Assembly: GCA_001003475.1 (NCBI GenBank)
Contig: LCPF01000001.1
Location: forward strand, 37,910 to 101,909
Direction: 5' to 3'
Length of the DNA: 64,000 bases
Origin: Candidatus Jorgensenbacteria bacterium GW2011_GWA1_48_11
Lineage (GTDB): Bacteria; Patescibacteriota; Minisyncoccia; UBA6257; GWB1-50-10
A program made the translations under genes and the position numbers. Of this stretch, positions 22,938-33,282 are shown piece by piece (positions within the stretch are counted from its first letter, which is position 1; each line of letters opens with the position of its first letter). Below the pieces are notes generated by a model, which saw only the letters and a list, made by a program, of their open reading frames with translations, made no database searches and had not been told where the DNA came from.

Positions 22938-24434
22938 TTGTGTGTTAAAATCTTAGACAACATGTCGCTCAAAGTCAAACTTGATAACGTCAAAAGCCTG
23001 CTTTTGGAAAACCGCCACCTTAAACAGACGGTCTTTAAAAACACTTTTTGGCTCACGGTCAGCAACATCGCCACCCGCTTCATCAAAGCGGTCTTGATTA
23101 TTTACGCTGCCCGGGCTTTGGGCGTCGCCGGCTACGGCGTTTTCTCCTATGCCGTCACCTTATCGGGTTTTTTGGCGATATTTTCCGATCTGGGCCTCGG
23201 GCCGATCCTCACCCGCGAAGGCGCCAAGCATCCGGATAAAATAAAAGTCTTCTTGGGCACGGCCCTTTTCATAAAACTGGCCTTGGTTATTTTTACCGTA
23301 ATTTTAACGATCTCGGTCGGTCCTCTGATCAGCAAAATCCCGGAAACGATTTCCCTCCTGCCTTTAGCCGCCCTGCTTCTGGCCTTTGACAGTTTTCGGG
23401 ACTTCTCCTCGAGCTTAAGCCGTTTCCGGGAAAAGATGCAGATCGATGCGGCCATTAACGCCGTTACCTATGCCGCGGTGACCGTGCTCGGCCTTATCGC
23501 CATTATTATCGAGCCAACACCCATAAGCCTCATGATCGGCTACACGGCCGGTTCGGGCGTCGGCGCCGTTTTTTCGATTTGGGTTTTCCGGGAATATTTC
23601 CACCGTTTCTGGTCCTTCTTCGACAAAACCCTGGTCAGGGAAATCTTCGGCAACGCTTGGCTCTTCGCCTTAATGGGCCTCATGGGCGGCATCATGATCT
23701 CAACCGACACGATCATGCTCGGCTGGCTCAAAAACGCCACGGAAGTCGGATATTACTCGGCGGCCCAAAGACCAGTGCAGATTTTTTATATCTTGCCGAG
23801 CATACTCGCCACGAGTATTTTTCCGGCACTCTCCAAGTTCGCGCTTCAAGATAGGGGAAAATTCCGCCTCGTCCTCGAAAACTCGATCAAAATCCTCTTC
23901 ATGTTCGCCTGCCCGCTCGTCGCCGGCGGCTTCATCTTGTCCGCCGAAATAACGGCTCTCCTTTTCGGCCAATCTTATTTGCCGGCGGCGCCGATGTTTT
24001 CGCTTTTAATCTTCACGCTCCTGATGGTTTTCCCCGGCACCGTCATTGCTAACGCTGTCTTCGCTTCGAACGCCCAAAAGAATTTTCTGGGCTTTCTCGC
24101 GGTTGGCGCCCTAAGCAACGCTTTGTTCAATTATTTGCTCATCCCCCAGTGGGGCGGCGTCGGCGCCTCCATGGCCACGATCATCGCCCAAGTTTTGGCG
24201 AACGGACTCATATGGTGGAAAATGAAAAAGATAGCCGATTTCCGAATGCTCGCCCACATCCAAAAAATAATCTTTGCAACGATAATTATGAGCTTGGCCG
24301 TCCTGCTCTTCCAATTCTGGGGCGTAAACATCATCCTGAACATTGTCCTCGCCGGGGGAATTTATTTCCTTTTTCTTTACGCCTTAAAAGAGCCGCTGCT
24401 GGACAAAAGCTTTGTTTTGAGTATTTTTAGATAA
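22938..24434 (+). CDS. oligosaccharide flippase (Wzx / polysaccharide biosynthesis protein family)
   Basis: About 14 TM helices and 498 aa, typical of Wzx/MOP flippases; first gene of the glycan locus. Confidence 0.7.
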   Translation: MCVKILDNMSLKVKLDNVKSLLLENRHLKQTVFKNTFWLTVSNIATRFIKAVLIIYAARALGVAGYGVFSYAVTLSGFLAIFSDLGLGPILTREGAKHPDKIKVFLGTALFIKLALVIFTVILTISVGPLISKIPETISLLPLAALLLAFDSFRDFSSSLSRFREKMQIDAAINAVTYAAVTVLGLIAIIIEPTPISLMIGYTAGSGVGAVFSIWVFREYFHRFWSFFDKTLVREIFGNAWLFALMGLMGGIMISTDTIMLGWLKNATEVGYYSAAQRPVQIFYILPSILATSIFPALSKFALQDRGKFRLVLENSIKILFMFACPLVAGGFILSAEITALLFGQSYLPAAPMFSLLIFTLLMVFPGTVIANAVFASNAQKNFLGFLAVGALSNALFNYLLIPQWGGVGASMATIIAQVLANGLIWWKMKKIADFRMLAHIQKIIFATIIMSLAVLLFQFWGVNIILNIVLAGGIYFLFLYALKEPLLDKSFVLSIFR

Positions 24435-24472
24435 GCTCGTCAACCGCAGTCAGCCCATATGCCTCGAAGGGG

Positions 24473-25024
24473 GTGATGGTTATGACCGTCTATGTTTTGG
24501 GCAACGCGAGAAAGGGCGTCACGATCATTTTCGTTCTGCTCGTGGTCGGGAGCGTCCTCTACGCCCCAATCATGAACGGCGTGACCGCCGCCTGGACCGC
24601 TTTCCACTCGATCACCGACTGGTTAAGCGGAATCCTGCCAAACCGCATTCTGGCATTCCTCGTTACCCTGGTCGGCCTGCTCGTCCTGTTTTTCGCCGCC
24701 GGCCTGCTCTCGGACGCCTTGAAGAGACTGGCGCTTTGGATCAAATTCCGGCGCTACAGCAAGAACGAGTCGAGGGTAGTCTACGTGCCGGACGGCGCCG
24801 GCGGTCAGCTCGACGGCATTATTGTCGACGAGAGAAAGATCCCGGACGAAAGCGGCAAGCTCGTAACCCACTACCGGATCCTCACTCCCCGCTTCGGCAG
24901 CCTCAACTGGCCGAACCCTTGGCGCCCCGAGGGCAGCTTCACGAGAAGAAACGACGTGACGCCGCTCCAGGTGTTGACCGAGGTCGTCTTGAAGAGCGGC
25001 ATCGGCAACGGCAGCAAGAAGTAG
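24473..25024 (+). CDS. hypothetical membrane protein
   Basis: Three N-terminal TM helices and a soluble C-terminal part; no motif. Confidence 0.45.
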   Translation: MMVMTVYVLGNARKGVTIIFVLLVVGSVLYAPIMNGVTAAWTAFHSITDWLSGILPNRILAFLVTLVGLLVLFFAAGLLSDALKRLALWIKFRRYSKNESRVVYVPDGAGGQLDGIIVDERKIPDESGKLVTHYRILTPRFGSLNWPNPWRPEGSFTRRNDVTPLQVLTEVVLKSGIGNGSKK

Positions 25025-25032
25025 GATTCACC

Positions 25033-25058
25033 GGACCCGCCCCCTAGGGCGGGTCCAA
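25033..25058 (+). terminator. stem-loop after the 24473..25024 gene (possible terminator)
   Basis: GGACCCGCCC-CCTAG-GGCGGGTCC forms a perfect 10-bp GC-rich stem. It is followed by an AT-rich stretch with only a weak T-run. Confidence 0.4.
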
Positions 25059-25103
25059 ACTTTAAACCTTATTTATAAAAATAGATGATGTTAATATAAG
25101 CAT

Positions 25104-26414
25104 ATGTCTCTAGCCAAAAAAACAGGCCTTTTGATCGGCGATATCCTGATCCTCTACGTCTCCTTAGCCTTGACGCTCCTGATCCGTTACGGCTTTTTCG
25201 AATTAAGCGACCGGTTCAAAACCCATTTTTGGCCGTTTTCCCTCATCTTCGCAATTTGGCTGCTTATTTTTTATTTGGCCGAGCTTTACCACCACCAGAC
25301 AATGCGCAATGCCGCCGTTCTCTTCAAGGCTTTGGCGATCGCCGTTTTTCTGGCCGGCGTCGTTTCGGTAATCGTTTTTTATCTTTTCGGACAATTTTTC
25401 GAACTGACGCCCAAAACGAACTTGCTCCTATTCGCTTTTATTTTCCTTGTTTTAAATTATTTGTGGCGGGCGGCAATCATCAAATTTCTCAAAAGGAATA
25501 TCCTTGGCATAACCGTGATCGGCGATTCACCCCTGATGACAGAAACAATAAAATACCTCAAGGAAAACCCCCAAACCGGCTATGAAACAACCGAATGGCT
25601 GAAAGAACCGGAAAATATCGACCTTAAGACGGTTATAAAGACGATCAGGGAAAACGAATCGCAACTGGTCGTCATTCAACCCCACTTCACCAAAAATTTC
25701 GCCAACCTGAACATTGCTTACAAGCTTCTGCCTTTGGGCGTAGGCATAGTCAATTTCTGGGATTTCTACGAAACCATCTTCGAAAAAGCGCCGCTTGAAG
25801 AACTCGAGGAAGGCTGGTTTGTCGAGAACGTCGCGACCCGACGGCCTTATTATGACGCCTTGAAAAGATTATTGGATCTCGTCCTAAGCTTCACAATCGG
25901 CATTATCCTCCTGCCTCTCACGATGATTTTAGCCATAATCATCAAGGCGTCTTCCTCGGGGCCGCTCCTTTACCGGCAGGAGCGCATCGGGAAGGGGGGC
26001 AAGCTTTTCACGATCTACAAATTCCGGACAATGCACAATGACAATCGCGGCCCGCTGTGGACGGAGGAAAACGACAATCGGATCACGGCCGTAGGCAAAT
26101 TGCTCCGCTTTGCCCACTTGGACGAAATTCCCCAACTTTGGAACATCCTCAAGGGCGACATTTCTTTTACTGGCCCGAGGCCCGAAAGGAAAGAATTGGC
26201 CGAACAATACCAAAAATTCCCCTATTACGAAATAAGGCACATTGTGAAGCCCGGTCTCACGGGCTGGGCCCAAATCAACTACAAAGCGAGCGCTTCTCTC
26301 GAAGAGGCTTACGAAAAACTCCGCTATGACATTTTTTACGTCAAAAACCGTTCCTTCTTCCTCGATCTCAAAATAATCCTTAAAACCATCAAATACGTCT
26401 TTTTCTCCCACTGA
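25104..26414 (+). CDS. undecaprenyl-phosphate sugar phosphotransferase (bacterial sugar transferase, WbaP/WcaJ family)
   Basis: N-terminal TM helices plus the conserved C-terminal catalytic region (KFRTM...DEIPQLWNILKGDISFTGPRPE). Confidence 0.85.
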   Translation: MSLAKKTGLLIGDILILYVSLALTLLIRYGFFELSDRFKTHFWPFSLIFAIWLLIFYLAELYHHQTMRNAAVLFKALAIAVFLAGVVSVIVFYLFGQFFELTPKTNLLLFAFIFLVLNYLWRAAIIKFLKRNILGITVIGDSPLMTETIKYLKENPQTGYETTEWLKEPENIDLKTVIKTIRENESQLVVIQPHFTKNFANLNIAYKLLPLGVGIVNFWDFYETIFEKAPLEELEEGWFVENVATRRPYYDALKRLLDLVLSFTIGIILLPLTMILAIIIKASSSGPLLYRQERIGKGGKLFTIYKFRTMHNDNRGPLWTEENDNRITAVGKLLRFAHLDEIPQLWNILKGDISFTGPRPERKELAEQYQKFPYYEIRHIVKPGLTGWAQINYKASASLEEAYEKLRYDIFYVKNRSFFLDLKIILKTIKYVFFSH

Positions 26415-26416
26415 TT

Positions 26417-28345
26417 ATGTGCGGCATTAGCGGTCTTTACCGCTTCAATAACCCAAAGAAGATCAGCGAACCGGAGTTGGTTAAAATGCGCGATACGCTC
26501 GTCCATCGCGGACCGGACGGCGCTGCCGATTATATTTCCCCGGATAAAAAGGTGGGTCTCTCCCAAAGACGCCTCGCCATCATCGATCTTTCGCGCGGTG
26601 CCGCCTGCCCAATGACGAACGAGAACGGCAAGGTCTGGATAACCTACAACGGCGAAATCTACAATTTCAAAATCCTGCGCGAAGAGCTGATTAAAAGAGG
26701 GCACCGCCTGAAAACCAAGGGCGATACCGAGGTAATCCTGCACGGCTACGAAGAATGGGGATGCGAAATAGTCGAAAAATTGAACGGCATGTTCGCTTTC
26801 GTCATTTGGGATGAAACCGAAAAAATTCTTTTCGCCGCCCGCGACCATATGGGCATCAAGCCGTTTTATTACGCTTTTCAAAATGGGGTCTTTTATTTCG
26901 GCTCGGAGATCAAGGCCATTCTCGCCCACCCCGAATTCAAGAAAGACCTGGACGAACGAGGCGTTTCCTCTTATCTGACTTTTTCGGCGACGCCGGCGCC
27001 TCAAACCCTCTTTAAGGACGTCGCCAAACTTCCGGCCGCCCATTACTTGGTCATAGAAAAAGACGGCTCTGTCCGACAAAAAGAATACTGGAATCCGGCG
27101 TTCGCAAAAAAAGAAAGTCTCAACGAATCGTCCTATGTTAAGGAAGTTCGAGTTCTTCTCGAGGATTCCATACGCGGCCAGATGGTTTCGGACGTTCCTT
27201 TTGGCTGCTTTCTTTCGGGCGGCATTGATTCATCGCTGAACGCCACCCTGATGAGCCGGGTTTTGGGAAAACCGGTCGAGACCTTTTCGGTCGGCTATAA
27301 AAACCTTGCGGAAAAGAATGAATTCGAATATTCACGCCTGGTCGCCAAGTCGCTCGGGGCGAAAAATCACGAAATCCTTTTGGACGAATCGCATCTCCGC
27401 GAATTCTTACCCCAATACGCCCGGTTTGCCGATGACCCGAACGGCGACCAGGTTTGCTTCCCGCTTTTTTGGCTCGCCAAGCTCACTCACGATGCCGGCG
27501 TAACGGTCATTCAAATCGGCGAAGGTTCGGACGAAATATTCTCCGGCTACGATACGTACGTTAAAGCCCTCAAATTGTCCAAGGCGTGGAACCAGTTTAA
27601 AAAAATGCCGAATTTTCTAAAAACTTTCCTTTACGGCCTGGGCGAACTCGGGCCGCTCACGCACGCGCGTTTTGATTTCGGCAAAGAATACGCCCAAAGG
27701 CTCAAAATGAACCGGGAACCTTTCTGGGGCCTGGCCATCGCTTTCGGCGATCACGCCAAGGAAAATCTTTTGACCGGTGAATTTAAAGCCAGACTGAACG
27801 AATCAAGTTATACCTTTGTCCAGAATTACTATGAAGACCTCCGCAAAATCGACGGCCAAGCCGACCAACTCGAAAAAATGACCTATATCGAGATTAAGAA
27901 CCGCTTGCCGGAGTTTCTGCTCGCCCGCGCCGACAAAATGACAATGGCCCACTCGATCGAAGGCCGTGTCCCATTCCTCGACAAAAGGCTGGTGGAGCTG
28001 GCTTTCAACATGCCGGCTCACATCAAAATAAAAGGCAACGAACCGAAGCATATCCTCAAAAAAGTGGCGGAGGAAATCATCCCGAAAAGCATCCAAAAAG
28101 AAATAATCTGGAGAAAAAAGCAGGGCTTCTCGAACCCGATAAGCGAGTGGTTGAAGCCGGAAAATCCCGTTTCCCGCGAACTGACGAATACGGTCCTTAA
28201 TTCAAAAATACGCGAAAGGGGATTTCTGAACTACGACTACGTGAAAAAAATTGTTCACGCTCACCAGCAGCAAGACGCGGAAAACAATTTCCGCATTTGG
28301 AATCTTATCACTCTGTCGCTTTGGTACGACCACTGGTTCCGATAA
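26417..28345 (+). CDS. asnB: asparagine synthase (glutamine-hydrolysing)-like amidotransferase
   Basis: N-terminal MCGISG (Ntn nucleophile Cys2) and a PP-loop synthetase domain (SGGIDSS); 642 aa. Confidence 0.85.
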   Translation: MCGISGLYRFNNPKKISEPELVKMRDTLVHRGPDGAADYISPDKKVGLSQRRLAIIDLSRGAACPMTNENGKVWITYNGEIYNFKILREELIKRGHRLKTKGDTEVILHGYEEWGCEIVEKLNGMFAFVIWDETEKILFAARDHMGIKPFYYAFQNGVFYFGSEIKAILAHPEFKKDLDERGVSSYLTFSATPAPQTLFKDVAKLPAAHYLVIEKDGSVRQKEYWNPAFAKKESLNESSYVKEVRVLLEDSIRGQMVSDVPFGCFLSGGIDSSLNATLMSRVLGKPVETFSVGYKNLAEKNEFEYSRLVAKSLGAKNHEILLDESHLREFLPQYARFADDPNGDQVCFPLFWLAKLTHDAGVTVIQIGEGSDEIFSGYDTYVKALKLSKAWNQFKKMPNFLKTFLYGLGELGPLTHARFDFGKEYAQRLKMNREPFWGLAIAFGDHAKENLLTGEFKARLNESSYTFVQNYYEDLRKIDGQADQLEKMTYIEIKNRLPEFLLARADKMTMAHSIEGRVPFLDKRLVELAFNMPAHIKIKGNEPKHILKKVAEEIIPKSIQKEIIWRKKQGFSNPISEWLKPENPVSRELTNTVLNSKIRERGFLNYDYVKKIVHAHQQQDAENNFRIWNLITLSLWYDHWFR

Positions 28346-28375
28346 GAAGAAATACGGGTTTTTCTTTACCAAATT

Positions 28376-28390
28376 GATTTGGTATAATTT
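28376..28390 (+). promoter_or_regulatory. extended -10 promoter element (TGGTATAAT) upstream of the 28413 gene
   Basis: TGGTATAAT at 28381..28389, about 24 nt upstream of the ATG at 28413, in the short spacer after asnB. Confidence 0.3.
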
Positions 28391-28412
28391 GGGTGATTTA
28401 AACATATCGAAC

Positions 28413-30035
28413 ATGAGAATACTGACCGGTAAAAAATGGAGGGAAGGATTCTTGGATTACCACCAGAATAAAAGCGATTACAGGATCCAAGTCCTCGCCT
28501 GGCAAAACCTGGAACGCCTGGAAAACGTCTATCACACGAGGCCGAAAAGCCTGAGATTGCTCGTCAATTATTTCCCCGTTGTCGGGCCGGAAGGGATGTT
28601 CACGAAAGTCTGGTCGCGAATAAGAGAGGAGAGACGCAATGAAAAATACGTTTCCTGCGGCGTGGGGAAAATCATCAAAAGCGCGGCCGACCGAGCCTTC
28701 ACCGAAGGGGAAACCGTCGGCTTTATCGCTCCCCTGCATCCGGCCATGGTAGAACGGGTAACCTTGCCCGAAAAACTCATTTTTAAAATAGAAAAATCCG
28801 ACATCCCCGAATTACCCAAAGAAAAAATCCTTTACTTCCCCATCCAAAATAAAGAATCGCGAAACGGGTGGTGGCAAGACATCCGCGGCTGGAGCATTTA
28901 TTCCGGGATAAAAATTTCCAAAGAAACGCGGAATGCGCTCGCGAATGGCCTCAAAAAATGGCTCAAGGAAACCGAATGGACCGAACCCGAAAAAATCGAC
29001 GCCCGAAATGCGACCCCTATCACGGAAATCAAAGGAAAAATCAAAAAAATCAATCCCAATAAAAAAAGCGGGGTTTTATTCGGTTACGGCAATTACGCAA
29101 AAATAAACATAATCCCCTACATGAAACCTTTTGTGGACATCCAGGCGGTCCATGAGATCGACCCGACGCAAATATTCCTGGAACAGGGGGTTCAAAAATG
29201 GGATGCCGCCCCTTTCCCGCGAAAAGACGAGAAATACGACGTGTATTTCGTCGCAAGCTACAATCACACTCATGTCCCGATAACCCTCCACGCCCTGAAA
29301 CAAGGGGCCTACGCCCTGGTGGAAAAACCGGTCGTCATGGATTACGAAGAGCTCGCCGCCCTCGAGAAAGCCCTCAAGATCGCCGGCCGGAAACTCTTTA
29401 TCGGCTTCCATAAACGCTACGGCTTATTCAATAAAATGGCTCTCCAAGATCTGAATGTAACCTACGGCGAGCCGATTTCCTACCATTCCATCGTTTACGA
29501 ACTCCTGCAGCCGGAATTTTTCTGGTACAACTGGCCGGTCTCAAGAAGCACCTTTTTAGCCAATGGCTGCCACCAAATCGACCACTTCCTTCACCTCAAC
29601 AACTGGAGCAAGCCCATAAATGCCGATATCAAGCTTTTACAGGACCACGCCGTATTGGTCTGGATCGAACTCGAGAACGGCGCAACCTTCACCACGACCT
29701 TCAGCGAAAAAGGCAGTTTGAGGGTGGGGCCGCGGGACCGCGTTGAGCTCAAGGTCCACGGCCGGGACGTCCGGATCACGGACGCCATCCACTACGTGTC
29801 CGAAGACAACCACCGAATCATCAGAAAAATGCGGATCTTCAAAACGAACAGCTACAAAGACATGTACCGGGAGATCGGCAAAAAAATCGCCAATAACGAG
29901 CCAGGCGATTCGATGGAATCCATTATGATGTCGGCGAAAATAATGCTGGACCTCGAGGAAAAACTCCAGAAGATGAAAGGTTGGGGCAACCGCTACGAAA
30001 GAGCGAAGGAGGAATTTTCGGACTGCTTTTTTTAA
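28413..30035 (+). CDS. Gfo/Idh/MocA-family oxidoreductase with about 250-aa N-terminal domain of unknown function
   Basis: C-terminal half has a Rossmann NAD(P)-binding start (SGVLFGYGNYAKINIIP) and the Gfo/Idh/MocA motif (LHALKQGAYALVEKP). I chose the start at MRILTGKK (28413), not the track start 28251, which overlaps asnB in another frame. Confidence 0.6.
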   Translation: MRILTGKKWREGFLDYHQNKSDYRIQVLAWQNLERLENVYHTRPKSLRLLVNYFPVVGPEGMFTKVWSRIREERRNEKYVSCGVGKIIKSAADRAFTEGETVGFIAPLHPAMVERVTLPEKLIFKIEKSDIPELPKEKILYFPIQNKESRNGWWQDIRGWSIYSGIKISKETRNALANGLKKWLKETEWTEPEKIDARNATPITEIKGKIKKINPNKKSGVLFGYGNYAKINIIPYMKPFVDIQAVHEIDPTQIFLEQGVQKWDAAPFPRKDEKYDVYFVASYNHTHVPITLHALKQGAYALVEKPVVMDYEELAALEKALKIAGRKLFIGFHKRYGLFNKMALQDLNVTYGEPISYHSIVYELLQPEFFWYNWPVSRSTFLANGCHQIDHFLHLNNWSKPINADIKLLQDHAVLVWIELENGATFTTTFSEKGSLRVGPRDRVELKVHGRDVRITDAIHYVSEDNHRIIRKMRIFKTNSYKDMYREIGKKIANNEPGDSMESIMMSAKIMLDLEEKLQKMKGWGNRYERAKEEFSDCFF

Positions 30036-30042
30036 CGGCCAT

Positions 30043-31212
30043 TCAGACTCTCAGCGCCGAAATTATTCTTTCGGCGGCTTTTCCATCTCCGTAAGGGTTG
30101 GTTCTGCCAATCATGGACTCATAGATCATCGAGTTGTCCAAAAGCTCAACGGCTGAATTCACTATTTTACTCTTATCGGTTCCCACAAGCCTGCTTACGC
30201 CGGCCTCGACTCCTTCCACTCTTTCTGTTTTTTCCCTCATCACCAAAACCGGCTTGTTCAAAGACGGCGCTTCCTCTTGGATGCCGCCGGAATCGGTCAT
30301 GATTAAATAAGACCTGCTCATTAGGAAAATATTAGATTCGTAGTCCAACGGCTCGGTCAAGAAAATATTTTTTTGATCCTTGAGTGCCGGGTAGACCACG
30401 TTCTGAACGCTAGGGTTCAAATGAACGGGATAAATTATCATTATATCGTTCCTTTTTTCGGCCAATTCCTTCAAGGCGGCACAAATATTCTTCAAGCCCT
30501 CGCCAAAACTTTCCCGGCGATGAGCCGTCACCAAAATTATCTTTTTTCCAGCATTGATATCAAACCCGTATTTCCCCATGAAATCTTCCCGCCGTCCTTT
30601 CTCAAAATCGTGGTTTTTTTGTTTTTGGTTCATCCAAAGCAAGGCATCAATCGCCGTGTTGCCGGTAACATATATCTTCCCGTCCGGCACGCCTTCATTA
30701 AGAAGATTTTGTCTGGCTGTTTCGGTCGGTGCAAAATTAAAATCAGCCAAACGGCATAAAAGTTGCCGGTTCATTTCTTCGGGAAATGGGGAATACTTAT
30801 CGTAAGTACGAAGGCCGGCCTCAACGTGGGCGACTTTAATTTTGAAATAATAAGCCAAAAATCCGGCCAAAAAGACCGTGGAAGTATCTCCTTCTACCAT
30901 TAGTAGGTCGGGCTTTTCCCTTCTTAAAATATTAAAGAAGCGCAAAAATCCAAAACCGCTCTGGATAAGCGTCTTTATTTTGATAAGAACATTGACCTTC
31001 TCGTTAAGCAATTCCTTGTCATTCACGGAAATTCCCAGATCGAAATCCGGCCTAATGTCGAATGTCTTTAAAACCTGATCAAGCATTTCTTTGTGCTGCC
31101 TGAAAACGCAGACCAGAACTTTAAAATCTTTGTTCTTTTTCATCTCTTTTATGACCGGCGCCAGCTTGATTGCTTCAGGTCTGGTGCCGAAAACAACAAG
31201 AATTTTCTTCAT
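30043..31212 (-). CDS. wecB: UDP-N-acetylglucosamine 2-epimerase (non-hydrolysing)
   Basis: MKKILVVFGTRPEAIKLAPVI N-terminus, HVEAGLRT and DSGGIQEEAPSLNKPVLVMRE motifs. Confidence 0.85.
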   Translation of the reverse strand: MKKILVVFGTRPEAIKLAPVIKEMKKNKDFKVLVCVFRQHKEMLDQVLKTFDIRPDFDLGISVNDKELLNEKVNVLIKIKTLIQSGFGFLRFFNILRREKPDLLMVEGDTSTVFLAGFLAYYFKIKVAHVEAGLRTYDKYSPFPEEMNRQLLCRLADFNFAPTETARQNLLNEGVPDGKIYVTGNTAIDALLWMNQKQKNHDFEKGRREDFMGKYGFDINAGKKIILVTAHRRESFGEGLKNICAALKELAEKRNDIMIIYPVHLNPSVQNVVYPALKDQKNIFLTEPLDYESNIFLMSRSYLIMTDSGGIQEEAPSLNKPVLVMREKTERVEGVEAGVSRLVGTDKSKIVNSAVELLDNSMIYESMIGRTNPYGDGKAAERIISALRV

Positions 31213-32468
31213 AACATTGACTCGAAGATCCTCTCAATCTTATCCAAACAAACATCTTTGGTAAAGTGGCTCAAGGCGTATTCGAAAGAATTACTGCCGT
31301 ATTTTTTCAATTTTTCCTTCTCCAAGTATATCTTTTCGGTAAGTTTGAGCATTTCCTTGGGATCATCCGAAACTGTCGCCAAACCGCAATCCGCTTCTCG
31401 CACTATTTTTATGCCGTCGCTTTCCTTATGAAGGAAAGCTAAAACAGGAAGTCCGGCGGCCATATAACCCATAAGCTTCGCCGGCACGGCCGGCGTGGTA
31501 TTGGCGCTGGTAAGCGATAAAAATCCGACATCGGCGTCTTTCAAAAACCAAGGGTAGTCTTCTTTCGAAACAAGGGGTCTAAACTGAACATTATCCAGTT
31601 TTAAAGATTCCTTAAGCGCTAGTAATTTATTCTTTTCCGAACCTTCGGCTGAAAAGAGAAATACTATATCTTTGTATTTTTTAAGATTGGAGGCGATCTT
31701 TAAAAAGATCTCCAATCCTTGAGACGGACCCAAAACACCACCAAAAACAAATACAAATTTATCCTTCAGACCATAAAGTCCCCTAAACCTGCCGGTAGTT
31801 TTCGCCTCTTTAAAAGGCTTGATATCTATCCAGTGCGACACGACATTTATCTTGGACGAAGACACTCCCCGCTTTTCGATTAAAAACTTTTTATGACTGT
31901 CGGATGGCGTAATGATGAAATCGCAATTTTTGTAAGCCCATCGCTCCATTCTTCTAAAGAAGGAGGTTAGAAATGGATTTCTGAGTACTCCCAAGTCAAC
32001 CGCGTTTTGAGGGAAAAAATCCTGAACATTCAGGCAAAACTTGGCACCATAACGATTCTTGACCAGATTGGCGGCGATCGCAAGCGGGAGAGGCGGACTA
32101 TGAACGAAAACAATGTCTATTTCTTCGCGGATATTACGTTTTATTTGTCTGAAAAAAATATAAGGCAGAAAAAGCTGAGAAATTCCCTTCAGGATAAAGC
32201 TGACATTATGATGCGGCAATGCTTTCGCGCGAATAACCGTAATCTTTTCTTCTACGTTGACCCCGGAATAAATTTTGCGGCCCCCGACGACGTGATGTTC
32301 GGGCCAAGAAGTCACTACATAGACCCTATGACCGCGCTCGGTAAGTCCATCTGCCATCTCCTTCATGAGATGCGAGGAAGAACGGACTTCCGGCGGATAA
32401 GAATCCGTAATTATGAGAATGCGCATGATTTTATTTGCTTGCTCTTTTTTCGTAAATCTTGGCGTCAA
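31209..32468 (-). CDS. glycosyltransferase family 4 (WcaI-like)
   Basis: GT-B fold: N-terminal ILIITDSYPPE.. domain and C-terminal GT1/GT4 motif region (E..G.P..A). Confidence 0.75.
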   Translation of the reverse strand: MTPRFTKKEQANKIMRILIITDSYPPEVRSSSHLMKEMADGLTERGHRVYVVTSWPEHHVVGGRKIYSGVNVEEKITVIRAKALPHHNVSFILKGISQLFLPYIFFRQIKRNIREEIDIVFVHSPPLPLAIAANLVKNRYGAKFCLNVQDFFPQNAVDLGVLRNPFLTSFFRRMERWAYKNCDFIITPSDSHKKFLIEKRGVSSSKINVVSHWIDIKPFKEAKTTGRFRGLYGLKDKFVFVFGGVLGPSQGLEIFLKIASNLKKYKDIVFLFSAEGSEKNKLLALKESLKLDNVQFRPLVSKEDYPWFLKDADVGFLSLTSANTTPAVPAKLMGYMAAGLPVLAFLHKESDGIKIVREADCGLATVSDDPKEMLKLTEKIYLEKEKLKKYGSNSFEYALSHFTKDVCLDKIERIFESML

Positions 32469-33279
32469 TCAAAAACCGGTACCAAAATCCGTGCAGAAAA
32501 TGGAAAACAAACCCCTTTTTCCCGTCCAGAAATCCCAACCGGAAAAAATAACGATAAATAAAATAAGCGAAGGCGCGGAAAAAAGGAGGCAGTTCATAAT
32601 AAAAAGATCTTTTCCCGCCCTGGCCGCGGCTTCCCTTGATCACCTCGCTGGCTTCTCTTAAGGCATAATCATTGTGTTTGGCCATCCAGGCAGTCAAACC
32701 ATTCTGGTTGTCGTCCACGAAATCATTTCCCAATTTTGCCGCTTTTCCCCGCAAAAGCAGGGCGTGCTCGTCCATTTCCCTTTCTTCGATCCGGCCCGCC
32801 CCTTTGCGCCACAATCTCAAGAACCAAGCCGGGTAATAGCCGCCGTGGCGCATCCACCGCCCCAGAAAATAAACCCGTCTTTTAATGTAGTAACCGCTAA
32901 CCTCAGCGGTCGCGGATTTATGCTCCCTCCTTCGCTGAGAAGCTACGGCGGGCAAGGATTCCTGCTGATGACCGCTGATGACTTGGCTGATTTCCAACTT
33001 CAATTCTGGGGTCAAATACTCGTCGGCGTCCAGCCTTAAAATCCAATCGCTTTTGACGTCCAGGTTATCCAAAGCCCAGTTGAACTGATCGGCCTGATTT
33101 TTGAAGGGGCGCTGAGATATATTCGCCTTGTATTTCCCGGCAATATCCAAGGTTTTATCGGTTGAATAGGAATCAACGACAAATATCTCCTGCGCCAAAC
33201 CTACGATGCTTTTCAGGCATCGCTCCAAATTCGACTCCTCGTTATAAGTCAGAATGACGGCGGCGACGGACGATCTCAT
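32431..33279 (-). CDS. glycosyltransferase family 2
   Basis: GT-A N-terminus AAVILTYNEESNLERCLKSI...DSYSTD (DxD-type). Confidence 0.75.
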   Translation of the reverse strand: MRSSVAAVILTYNEESNLERCLKSIVGLAQEIFVVDSYSTDKTLDIAGKYKANISQRPFKNQADQFNWALDNLDVKSDWILRLDADEYLTPELKLEISQVISGHQQESLPAVASQRRREHKSATAEVSGYYIKRRVYFLGRWMRHGGYYPAWFLRLWRKGAGRIEEREMDEHALLLRGKAAKLGNDFVDDNQNGLTAWMAKHNDYALREASEVIKGSRGQGGKRSFYYELPPFFRAFAYFIYRYFFRLGFLDGKKGFVFHFLHGFWYRFLIDAKIYEKRASK

Positions 33280-33282
33280 ATC

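Noticed and set aside
28251-28412. Upstream Met start (28251) for the Gfo/Idh/MocA-family gene
   Set aside because: It would overlap the last 95 nt of asnB in another frame. The internal Met at 28413 follows an extended -10 element.
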